Virus record (IMG/VR): IMGVR_UViG_3300036985_002638
Span: 9,845 to 73,844 of that record
DNA from: a virus
Reading direction: 5' to 3' (one strand)
DNA length: 64,000 bases
Positions 1-10,100 of the stretch are shown piece by piece (the stretch's first letter is position 1; each line of letters starts with the position of its first letter). A model generated the notes under the pieces. It ran no database searches. It saw only the letters and a list, made by a program, of their open reading frames with translations, and was not told the origin of the DNA. The translations under genes and the position numbers were made by a program.

Positions 1-38
1 ATTATTTTCGTTACATTTGAAGTATAAATAAGTAGAAT

Positions 39-884
39 ATGCCAACTAAAAAACAAATCATAGACGATATTTTAATTTTAGCTGAAAGATTTTCTCGAAC
101 TGATGAATCTAGGATTGATGAAGATTGGGTTGGATATAAAGTAGAGCAAGCAAGAGTTTCGGAAATTCTTAAAGAATACAACATTACTAAGGTTATTGAC
201 CAAAATTGGTTAGTTGACTTTGGTATTCACTCGTTAACTAAGGTTAATTTCTCAGATGATCCAAACGTAGACTTCTGTAATTGTGATATTATGAAGGCTA
301 TAATACCTGAAGTAATCAATTTAACTTACTTAGGAGACGGAAACTTAGATTTAGGATTAAGAGTTATATCTGCTTGCGGAAAGACTACTTACACTTTCTA
401 TCCTATTGAAACGTGGAGAATGATACCTAAAGAACACGTTAGAAGTATGTTTCATTACTATCAAAGATTCGGCACTACTATTTATGTTAATAAAATTGTG
501 CAAAACCTAAGATTTTTTGGAATACCTACTACAACAGAAGGATTAATGATTAAGAAAACATTACCTGTTATTAGTGGTGGAATTAAATCAGGTTATTCAT
601 ATACAGTAAAAGGAACAACAGGATTAGTAGTTTACGATGGAGTTAATTATTTACCTAATGATACGTTCACAGGAACGGCTACAACTACTTTTACAGCTAG
701 CGGAAACTCACAAGTATTCTATACTAACTATGAAGTAGAAATGACTGAGAATGACCCATATCCTGTATCAGCGCACTTAGCTAGACAAATTGTAATATCT
801 ATCTTAACTACTGAGTTTCAGATAGAGAAACAGCAAGTGATGGATGTTTTAAATGATTCGGCGGATGATGTGGTAACTAAATGA
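39..884 (+). CDS. Putative virion ring/head-tail connector protein (crAss-like)
   Basis: 281 aa ORF directly upstream of the IHF-like, tail tubular and tail stabilisation genes, as in crAss-like gene order; TACATTTG promoter-like element at 12-19. Confidence 0.5.
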   Translation: MPTKKQIIDDILILAERFSRTDESRIDEDWVGYKVEQARVSEILKEYNITKVIDQNWLVDFGIHSLTKVNFSDDPNVDFCNCDIMKAIIPEVINLTYLGDGNLDLGLRVISACGKTTYTFYPIETWRMIPKEHVRSMFHYYQRFGTTIYVNKIVQNLRFFGIPTTTEGLMIKKTLPVISGGIKSGYSYTVKGTTGLVVYDGVNYLPNDTFTGTATTTFTASGNSQVFYTNYEVEMTENDPYPVSAHLARQIVISILTTEFQIEKQQVMDVLNDSADDVVTK

Positions 885-1342
885 AGAAATTAGTAGATAA
901 GAAATTAGGAGAGTGGTCAACTCCAAGAGTACATGGATTGATTAAGAGGGACTTTAAAAGAAGGTTTAAACAAAAGATAACTACAAAGGATATTAACGAT
1001 ATTTGGAATAGTTACATAGAAGAGGAGATATTGAACAACTTAAAAATAGGAGCGATTATAAACTTAGATAATCAAACTAAAATTTGGGTTAAAGCGACAA
1101 AAACAACAGACAGTAAAAGAATGATGTCGTTACTAGAGAAAGGATTAACGTATGTCGGAGGACGAGTAACAAAAGCTAAGTTAAATTTAAGTAGTTCTAA
1201 GTATATTTACAAGATAGTATTAGAAACTAAGAGATATAAAAAAAACAAACAGATATTTTTTAAATCACACCAAGATTTAAGAGATGCTGTTACAGAAGGA
1301 ATTAAAAAAGGAACATTAATAACTAGATTAAAATGTCAATAA
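881..1342 (+). CDS. IHF/HU-like basic DNA-binding protein
   Basis: Very Lys/Arg-rich 153 aa; helix-helix then beta arm (IGAIINLDNQTKIWVK); crAss-like phages carry an IHF-like gene at this position. Confidence 0.5.
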   Translation: MKKLVDKKLGEWSTPRVHGLIKRDFKRRFKQKITTKDINDIWNSYIEEEILNNLKIGAIINLDNQTKIWVKATKTTDSKRMMSLLEKGLTYVGGRVTKAKLNLSSSKYIYKIVLETKRYKKNKQIFFKSHQDLRDAVTEGIKKGTLITRLKCQ

Positions 1343-2064
1343 ACAGATTAATATCAATAAACAATCCTATAATTAATGCAATGGATTTGGCGGCGGTTGA
1401 CCACGCTAATCACAGACCATTATTTATGACTTGGGCTTACCAAGCAGAAAAGGAAATAGGAAGTTACTATCAATACGAAAGACAATGGAAAGTTATTGAT
1501 GTTTGCGGATGCACAGCACAACTACCTGATAATGCTATTAAGGTAGAAGGTGCTATCTTAGGAAGTCACGATGTTAATTGTGGAAGTATATTTGCTAGAA
1601 CATTTAGTAATCCAATAGTTAACGCTTCATTATCAGCGGATAATACTTTCTTAATAGTTGATACAGGAGTATCTGAAACTACAAGTGGATGCGGAATAGT
1701 GCCATACCATTTTCAGAATAATAAAATGATATTTGATGTAGAATTACATAACGATAAAGTAACTGTTCAGTACATAGGATATAAGGTTGATTGTGATGGA
1801 TTTATGGAGATAGGAGAAAATCACGTAGAAGCTATTACTCAATTCATATTGTATAATTGGTGTATGAGAAGAAAAGACACTAAAATGATGCAATGGCACT
1901 ATACACAATGGGATAGACTATGCGCTCATTCAAGAGCTTTAGATGCTGAGTTATCAGAAACAGATAGAGAAGAGATTGCAAGATTATACCATGACCCTTA
2001 TTCAGGTCGTGGATTATGGGTAGGAATGAATATAAACAATACTTATGGCAGGTTCAGTTATTAA
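1333..2064 (+). CDS. Tail tubular/ring protein (P22 gp4-like, crAss-type)
   Basis: 243 aa; motif VTVQYIGYKVDCDGFMEIGENHVEAITQFI; immediately precedes the tail stabilisation gene. Confidence 0.6.
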   Translation: MSINRLISINNPIINAMDLAAVDHANHRPLFMTWAYQAEKEIGSYYQYERQWKVIDVCGCTAQLPDNAIKVEGAILGSHDVNCGSIFARTFSNPIVNASLSADNTFLIVDTGVSETTSGCGIVPYHFQNNKMIFDVELHNDKVTVQYIGYKVDCDGFMEIGENHVEAITQFILYNWCMRRKDTKMMQWHYTQWDRLCAHSRALDAELSETDREEIARLYHDPYSGRGLWVGMNINNTYGRFSY

Positions 2065-5000
2065 TACATTTGACAAAGGACTTCATCAAGATAGTTCTTT
2101 TATATTACAGCCTGACGGCACATATCGAAACATGAAAAACGGTATGCTTATTTCTTATGACGGTAATCACTACACTGTAGAGATGACTAAAGGGAATAGA
2201 GTTTTACTTACTTTAACTCCAAGATATTCTGAGGATGTAGATAATTTAGATTTAGAGCCTATGCCAATAGGTTTTGTTTCTTTTATAGATAAGTTAGTTG
2301 TATTCTCTACTAATAGCGAAACAACTACTGGATACGGAGAAATAGGAGTTATTTCATTTACTAGAAGTGGGGTTGATTTTGTTGGTACTTATGTGCCATA
2401 TTATCACCATATTAATTTAAACTTTACTAAGATTCATAAGATAGAAGGATTTTCTTTTAGAGAGAATGATAAAAATCAACGCGTATATTGGACTGATAAT
2501 TTTAACGAACCAAGGGTATTTGATATTGCTAATCCTATTTTTACAAATTATATAGCTAGTGGTTCTCTAGTAGTAGGCACTCAGTACATGGTACTACAAG
2601 GTTGTATTATTTATGATTCTGACGAGTATGGTCCAACTGATGAAAGCGGAACTATATTAGGTAACATATTCACCGCTACAATAGCAGGAGGAACAACTTA
2701 TGGAGTTTCTGATGGTTCGCCATTAGTAATTGAATACTATCCATTATCTTTATTAGATTGGTCTCCAAGTAGACTGTTAGGTAATATTGAGTTTAAAGAA
2801 TATGGTATAGGAGATAAGTATTGCGGAAGCCACATTTACTTCTATAGATTATCTAATTCTTATGATGGCGTAGTTACATCTTGGAGTTACGCTAGTACAC
2901 CTATTCATGTAGGTATGGATAATTCGGCTGCTTATTTAACAGGAAATGCTTATAGAGATTTTGTAGGTAATGGAAGCGCGACAACTCTTGCGAATAGCGG
3001 TAAGTCTGTAAAGTTAAATATAACTGATATTGACACTGATTTTGATACTATTGAGATAGCTTGTGCTGAGTTTACGCAATCAGAGGATGTTCCATATAGA
3101 ATTATTATAACTAATAAAGAAGCTGTAACAGGTTCGACTATGACAATAGAAGATAAAGGTTCAGTTAATTTAGGAACGGTTACGATTAGCGATTTAACAT
3201 TGTTTCCTGCAAGTATTTTAAAGTGTAAAACAATAAATACAAATAAGAATTACAGTATTATAGCTAACATAACAGAGAGAGAAGAGTTTGATTTAGATTT
3301 AAGTGGAGTGGCTATTACTCAGTTTCAATATCCTTTAGTATCTCATGGAGATTTGAATTTATGTTCTAATTGTAATATTCCTGCTGATGTAAGCCCTCCA
3401 TTAACAGGAAATCCTACACTAGCTGGGCAAGTGTTGCCGTACTCAAGATGGTTAGTTACGTTTGGTAATTTAACTACAGATACAGTTATATATGAAGGTA
3501 TATACTATGTTACGGGAGAGGTTATTGTTGGAGGTTCTATTTGGTCTATAATGTTATTTACAGGAACAGCATCAGTAAGACCATGTACAACTAAAAATAA
3601 ATATACAGTTACTAACCCATCTTCTTCTGATGTAGGAAAAAGACGAGAAGATGCTATACAATTAACAACAGGATTTTGGGATTATAAAGACCCTGCTGTA
3701 GCATCTCATAATAAAGGATATTGGAGTGGAGAAAAATATAGATTTGGAATTTTGTTTTTTGACTTAAAAGGTAATCCATTCTATGTAAAATATATAAAAG
3801 GAGACCCAACAACTTTTGACTACACTTTTGATACTATTCCTGATAAAGGAGGATTAATGAGAAAAGATGCCATATTTGGAACAACTCCTACTCAATACTC
3901 TTACGCATTAAATACGTCTGGAATTAATGTAAGTGGATTAGATATACCTGAGTCAGTAATGAATCAAGTTAGTGGGTTTAGTATCGTAAGAGCAGAACGA
4001 GATCCTATTGCAATTACGCAAGGATTATTGATGCAAAGTGTATATAGTAATTTGCTCGGTTTTAATTCTGTTATGCCATTAGGTATATGTAGAACAGACT
4101 ATAGTATTTTACCTATGTATCAAGTTGGAGATGGATATTATATTTACTCTGTATTATCGCCTGATATACAAACTGGATATTCTTTTCCTTCTGCGGTTAA
4201 AATTGGAGATAATTTAAAAGAAGCTTGTTGGTTAGACGGAACTCAATTAAAAACAGATACTCAAAAAAGAGTAATGTTTACTAAATTATTTAATATGCCT
4301 GTCGGAAGCTTTGGTACAGGAAAAGATGCTAGTTCTCCAAGAACTTTGCCGCTTAAATCAATGAATGGAAATGCTGTTTATAATTTTGATGAGAATAATG
4401 GAGCTGGAGGTTTTTTAGGAACAAGTGTTGATTATAGAAATAGATATTCTAACGTAAACGAGACATTAGTAACACTTAATTATGATTCTATTTGTGGCGT
4501 AACACCTTTTGACCCAGGCTATGATATTTTATCTGTTGGGTGTAAAAAGCAAATAATTAAATCTCAATTTAATCACTTTGATGCTTTAACAGATTATAAC
4601 GCTACTGCTAATACGTCTAACTATAACAAGATGTTAGCTAACTTTATAACAGATACAGACCCTTCTAATCTTTATGGAGGAGTAAATGAAGCCGCTATAG
4701 CAAATACACTGTATATGTCTTGTGGTCACTTTCAGCCTATTAATACACAAGTTAAAGCAGATACTTTAAACGGTACGTTTGCTTCAGGAATTTACGCAGG
4801 AGAAAATAAATATACTTTTAATGATATAGAGGTGTTCGGCGGAGATTGCTTTACAAATCTTATTGATTTAGGATATGGATTATGGGATGAAGCATTTGAA
4901 ACTAGCGACAATGCTATGTCTTATGCTTTATGGTTTCCATGCGAAGGTAACGTGAATTATAATTTAAGAAGAGGACAAAAGGTATCGAATAAGAATATGT

Positions 5001-6490
5001 TTCCTTCTTCGGGAGCTACAGGCATAGGATGGTTTGATTCATCTTTATCTCCTACGACACAATTAGAATCTTATAGTTATAACAAAGCATATACTACCGA
5101 TGGTAATTTTATTAAATATCCGTCACTACCACTTAATTATAAATTTTCAGGAAACTTTGATTATAGAATAAGATGGAGTCAATACAAAAATCCTGGAGAG
5201 TTAATAGATTCATTTCGTGTATTTAGAATACCTGATTACAGAGATGTAGATGGACAGCGCGGACAAATCAATAACCTTAAAGCTAGAGATTCTAAACTAT
5301 TCTATTGGCAAGACCACTCAGTAGGCTACACTCCAATCTTAGAACGTCAATTAGTTGGAGGAAGCGCTTTAGGAGATGCTACTGCATTAGGTGTAACAGG
5401 AGTTATTGATAGATATGATGATATAGATACTAACTTTGGAAATCAACACCAACATGGACTAACTGAAACAGAATATGGTTTCGCTTGGTTTGATATGCGT
5501 AGAAGAGCATTTATGGTAATGGGTATTGGAAGTAAGCCTGAAGAAATGTCTATGGTTAAAGGATTACAAGTATTTTTTAATAATGAGTTTAATGAAGGTA
5601 ATGTATTCTATCCTAACAGTTATTCAGCTATTTATAATACTAATAACTTAGGGATACCTGAAGTTCCATTACAAGGATATGGTATAGTGGGAGTATATGA
5701 CCCTACATTTAAAATGACTTATTTAACTTTTAAATACGCTAAGAGAGATTTAGATGTAAATGATAATGAATTATTTGTAAATAGAGATTTTACATTAGGC
5801 TATAATCATGTATTAAATGCTTTTGTAGCTTTTACAGATTGTACTCCTGCGATATGGCATAATCATAATGATTTAGTATTAACAGCTAATAATCCTAAGA
5901 ATACTAAAGCTTATAATACAGATATGCCATCTACGAGTTATGTAATTGGAGATACGGTGTTAGTTGGTAATGTAGAGTATATATGTGTTAATGATGTAAC
6001 TATAACTTCATATCCAGGTACATTGACTGCAATAACAGGAACTAATCCATTAGCACCAAGTAGTAATTCATGGTTAGCTATTAATAAGACTAACGAGATT
6101 TACTTACAAAACTTTGGAGCTGACTTATGCAAGTTCTATGGTAAGGTATGGACGCATGAATTATCAATAGTAGTAAATGCTAAGAGTGATATGGCTGTTT
6201 CGGCGCAAAACATTCAATTTAAAACTATTGGCCCTAATTGGACTGACTTAGTAGCTACTACTGATGACCAAACAGCAAGTGATATAAATATACCAACTAC
6301 TAGCAGAAATTATAGATGGATAGATAAAGCTTGGTTTTCAAGCCTACCATTACCTAGTAACGGAAGGTTAACAGATTATTATGTGAAATTAAACTTCTCT
6401 TATAAGAATTATGTAACTAATCCAACTGTAGCTAAAAACATACAAAAGGTATCGCAGTGGTTAAAGACTTTTTTCGTGAGTAGAAGATAA
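2045..6490 (+). CDS. Tail stabilisation/muzzle protein (P22 gp10-like, crAss-type)
   Basis: 1481 aa; N-terminal NTFDKGLHQD, VYWTDNFNEPR, EKYRFGILFFD and FGGDCF motifs, beta-rich. Confidence 0.75.
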   Translation: MAGSVINTFDKGLHQDSSFILQPDGTYRNMKNGMLISYDGNHYTVEMTKGNRVLLTLTPRYSEDVDNLDLEPMPIGFVSFIDKLVVFSTNSETTTGYGEIGVISFTRSGVDFVGTYVPYYHHINLNFTKIHKIEGFSFRENDKNQRVYWTDNFNEPRVFDIANPIFTNYIASGSLVVGTQYMVLQGCIIYDSDEYGPTDESGTILGNIFTATIAGGTTYGVSDGSPLVIEYYPLSLLDWSPSRLLGNIEFKEYGIGDKYCGSHIYFYRLSNSYDGVVTSWSYASTPIHVGMDNSAAYLTGNAYRDFVGNGSATTLANSGKSVKLNITDIDTDFDTIEIACAEFTQSEDVPYRIIITNKEAVTGSTMTIEDKGSVNLGTVTISDLTLFPASILKCKTINTNKNYSIIANITEREEFDLDLSGVAITQFQYPLVSHGDLNLCSNCNIPADVSPPLTGNPTLAGQVLPYSRWLVTFGNLTTDTVIYEGIYYVTGEVIVGGSIWSIMLFTGTASVRPCTTKNKYTVTNPSSSDVGKRREDAIQLTTGFWDYKDPAVASHNKGYWSGEKYRFGILFFDLKGNPFYVKYIKGDPTTFDYTFDTIPDKGGLMRKDAIFGTTPTQYSYALNTSGINVSGLDIPESVMNQVSGFSIVRAERDPIAITQGLLMQSVYSNLLGFNSVMPLGICRTDYSILPMYQVGDGYYIYSVLSPDIQTGYSFPSAVKIGDNLKEACWLDGTQLKTDTQKRVMFTKLFNMPVGSFGTGKDASSPRTLPLKSMNGNAVYNFDENNGAGGFLGTSVDYRNRYSNVNETLVTLNYDSICGVTPFDPGYDILSVGCKKQIIKSQFNHFDALTDYNATANTSNYNKMLANFITDTDPSNLYGGVNEAAIANTLYMSCGHFQPINTQVKADTLNGTFASGIYAGENKYTFNDIEVFGGDCFTNLIDLGYGLWDEAFETSDNAMSYALWFPCEGNVNYNLRRGQKVSNKNMFPSSGATGIGWFDSSLSPTTQLESYSYNKAYTTDGNFIKYPSLPLNYKFSGNFDYRIRWSQYKNPGELIDSFRVFRIPDYRDVDGQRGQINNLKARDSKLFYWQDHSVGYTPILERQLVGGSALGDATALGVTGVIDRYDDIDTNFGNQHQHGLTETEYGFAWFDMRRRAFMVMGIGSKPEEMSMVKGLQVFFNNEFNEGNVFYPNSYSAIYNTNNLGIPEVPLQGYGIVGVYDPTFKMTYLTFKYAKRDLDVNDNELFVNRDFTLGYNHVLNAFVAFTDCTPAIWHNHNDLVLTANNPKNTKAYNTDMPSTSYVIGDTVLVGNVEYICVNDVTITSYPGTLTAITGTNPLAPSSNSWLAINKTNEIYLQNFGADLCKFYGKVWTHELSIVVNAKSDMAVSAQNIQFKTIGPNWTDLVATTDDQTASDINIPTTSRNYRWIDKAWFSSLPLPSNGRLTDYYVKLNFSYKNYVTNPTVAKNIQKVSQWLKTFFVSRR

Positions 6491-6491
6491 A

Positions 6492-6509
6492 TAACTCAAA
6501 GTTGAATTA
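6492..6509. promoter_or_regulatory. 18-bp palindrome TAAYTCAANNTTGARTTA (first of 14 copies)
   Basis: TAACTCAAAGTTGAATTA; other copies are listed in findings. Confidence 0.8.
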
Positions 6510-6513
6510 TTTT

Positions 6514-6542
6514 GTAACCTTTTATGGATAACTACCGTACAA
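6514..6542 (+). promoter_or_regulatory. Bipartite promoter GTAACC-N15/16-(C/A)GTWTAA (first of 14 copies)
   Basis: Fixed spacing; orientation always matches the downstream gene. Confidence 0.7.
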
Positions 6543-6573
6543 GTACTTTATAAACCAATTAATATTAGAAATT

Positions 6574-7083
6574 ATGGAAGCTATTAAATCTCGTAGAACA
6601 AACATTTTTGTTTTATTATTATCAGTAGGGTTTTTATTTTTGGCTGGATGTGCTTTTGCACAATCTATGGAAATAGAAAGATATTCTAGTTATAATTCTT
6701 ACTACAAGAAAAGTATAATTACAAAATATCCTTCTTATAATTTAGAGTTTGTTGACGGAAAAGATACTACTTATTTTTCCGTTTTCTCTGACAGTATCCG
6801 CGCAGGTCATTACGGAGTTAGATTGTACGCTTATTTCTCTAAGACTACAGATTTAAACAACTCTATTATAAAAATAGGATTTGAGGATGGTAGTGAAGAT
6901 TATATTGCTGCATTTGAAATAGATCATAAGTTGAGTTATGTTGAATATGCTATTCCTCAAAACGTGTTTAATAAATTATTTAGATTTAAAGTTGTTTCAG
7001 TTCAGTTTAATTACAGAGATAAGATTAATAAAATAGAAGATTCTTTATATTTCTTTGCTTTTTTAAGTCGAGCAGCTCGTTAG
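6574..7083 (+). CDS. Exported/membrane protein with signal peptide (moron-like)
   Basis: Basic N-terminus, hydrophobic stretch, then AFA|Q signal-peptidase-like site; has its own palindrome and promoter motif upstream. Confidence 0.6.
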   Translation: MEAIKSRRTNIFVLLLSVGFLFLAGCAFAQSMEIERYSSYNSYYKKSIITKYPSYNLEFVDGKDTTYFSVFSDSIRAGHYGVRLYAYFSKTTDLNNSIIKIGFEDGSEDYIAAFEIDHKLSYVEYAIPQNVFNKLFRFKVVSVQFNYRDKINKIEDSLYFFAFLSRAAR

Positions 7084-7130
7084 AAGTATTATTAAAATAT
7101 GTATTTTTGTTTGTATAAAACATAAATACC

Positions 7131-10100
7131 ATGCCTGAAGATAAAGGAAAAAGTGTTAAAGCACCTAAAAGTAAATCTAATGATGATTTTGCTCCTCAAT
7201 TAGTTAAAAGCAAATCTGAAATACCAAAAAACGCTGTACTTAAAATTGATTCTGACGGCGGAGAGTATTGGGAAGTTGAGACTAAGCATGAAGAGACTAA
7301 GAAAAAGATGTATCCGCCTTCTAGCGGAAAAAAAAGAACAGGGACTCCAAGAAAAAAAGACCCTGAAAAGTCTTCTACATTTGGGTCAACTATACAGCGA
7401 TATAAATTACCTCCTCCAGAAGTAATACCTCCTAAGCAAACAGGTTTGTATGGAGGTATTAGTACTTATGAAAAAATAGACCCTGCTGCTCAATGGGGAG
7501 CTGATTATGGAATAACAACATTTACATTTCCTGATGAGTATGGAAGATATACTAATACATCAAGAACTACAAATATTGATAAAGAGGGAAATGAAATAGC
7601 TTACGATTTAGCTAATCCATTAAATAGTTTTAAAGACGGAAAGTTTACTCCAACTCTTACAGGCAGAACTATTGATGATGTAAGAAACGAATGGTCTCTC
7701 GTGGGTATGTCTAAGCCAACGGATTATAGTGGAAATAAAGCTAACCCTGATTATAAAGGAAGTTTAATGATGCCTGGAACTAAAGCTACAAGAGTAGCTG
7801 GTGGTGGCGGCGGAGAGTTTAATCAAAGAAATATCGCAAATGTTCCGAATGCTTTAGATAAAGTTCCAATAGGATATATTGAACAAAAATACGATACTCA
7901 AGGAAATCCTATTGTTACTCCAAATGTAGGAGTTCAAATGGATACAAAAAATATAACTCCTTTAAGAAAAGGAGAAATGGAAGTAGGTAGAATGTACAAT
8001 ATAGAGAATCCTATTGAGATTAAAGGTAAGTTTGCTAAAGGTGGTATTGTAAGTAAGATTAAAGGATATTATGATGGAGGTCCTGTCTACAATCCTAATA
8101 TGAATATTGATGGAACTTATGGGGACTCAAATAGTTCTTATAAGCCAATAGATACATTTGGAAGTGGCGTAGTTGGAATGAATGATCAATATACTGCTCA
8201 AAACAATATGCAAGCTAAAAAGGCTATAGATGAAAATAAAAAGAAAGCTAATCAACAAAAAGCTAGAAATGTAGCCAATGGAATAGGAGAAGGAATGGGA
8301 GGCATAGGTTCAGCTTATTATAATTCACAACCCGCACAAAATGAAGGAGAATCTGCAAGAAACGCAGGATTAGCAGCCGCTTCTCAAATGGGGCCAATAG
8401 GAGGAATGATTGGAGGAATTGCCGCAATAGGAGATAAGATAGGAAAACCTATTAGAAATAGAAGTGAAAAGGTTGATGCTAGTGGAGAATTACTAGATGA
8501 AGGTAAAGCTAAAAGAAATGCTGCTATTGGAATAACTTTTAGTCCATCTAAGAGATTAACTTACGAAGGAGGATTAACTGATGTTACAGGACAAAAATAC
8601 ATTGATTCTATTGAAAATAAAACAAAATCTCAGTTAGCTGAAGTAAATGCTGCTAACACTGCATCTAAACAACAACAAGCTATACTAGCTAGAAATAACC
8701 AAGAAGAGAATCCTACATTAACTAATCCTTATGATTTGACGGGAGCGACATTTGATAAAAATCAAAATATGATTTTAGCTGATGGACAACAATTTGATAA
8801 AAACCGTCCTATGATGAATAAAGGAGGTATAGTTGGTAAAATCAAAAATATGTATGCTGACGGCGGAGAAATTAAAGGTAAAGGAACTGCTAAATCAGAC
8901 AGTATAATGGCTGAAGTAAAAGAAGGTTCATTTGTAGTGCCTGCCGAGAATGCAGAATTAGCAAAAGGTATTCGTAAACTATATTTAAAAGCTCCTAATA
9001 AAAAAGCTAATCTTAAACAAGAAGAAGGTGAAGCAGTAAAACTATCTAATGGAGAACATTTATTTACTCCTGAAGAGAATGAATACTTAGAATCTATTGG
9101 TATTGAATTAGAAGATTTAGCTCCTAACTCAGAAGAGAATAATGAAGAGATGATAATGGGCGGTATGCTAAAAAGAGCAGATGGCGGTTTAGTTGAAGGA
9201 GAGGGAGACCCTTTAATTCCTTATAGCAAATCAATAGTTCCTTTAGTAAACAAAAAAGATTCTGCGGCTTTTCAAACGGGATACATGGAAGCAAATCCAA
9301 GAAATACCATTGTAGATAAATACGGAAATGTAGCTTATCCATCAGGTTTATTAAAGTCAGGAAGCGAAATGATGAAAGAAGTGTCTGAAAGTAATAAAAA
9401 ATTCGCATTAGAAATGAATAGTCCAGAAAAAGCTGGAATGTACGCTGCTTATTTAGCTAATCAAGAAAAGTATAAAAAAGGAGTAAGCGCAGGCATGAAT
9501 TTGACTAATCAAGATGTTATAGATATTGCTAAAGATAAAATAGAAGGTTACTCTTTCCCTATTGACCGATTATCTCCTGTAGACCAAAAAAGAATCCAAA
9601 AAGCGATGGTAGACCTTGGCACATCAAAAAAAGCAGATGGCGGTAAGATTATGGCTCCTAAAATTAAAAAATATGCCGCAGGTGGAGATGTTGTTGATGG
9701 AGAACCTGAAATTAAAACTTCTAAAATAGAAGGCAGAAGAAACTCTACTGGAAATAAGGATTTTGATACTCAAATAGATGAATTATCTAAAAAAGAGTAT
9801 TCTAAAGTAGAAGACGTTAAAAGTGATATAGATAAATTACAGAGCTTACAAGAAAAATATAGTTCATTGTATGGAAAAAATAGCGAAGAGATAGCTCTTA
9901 CTATTCAGAAATTACATAAAACCGTTCCTGTTGTTGAAAAAAATGAAAGTAATTATAAAAGAGATTCTGAAATAAATAAAAATATAGAACTTGATAAAAA
10001 AGAGTTAAAAGAAATGGGTGCTAGCGATGCTCAGATTAAAGAGTATGAAACCGAGGCAACTACAGGTAATAATAAATATTTTGATAAATATAGAAATGAA

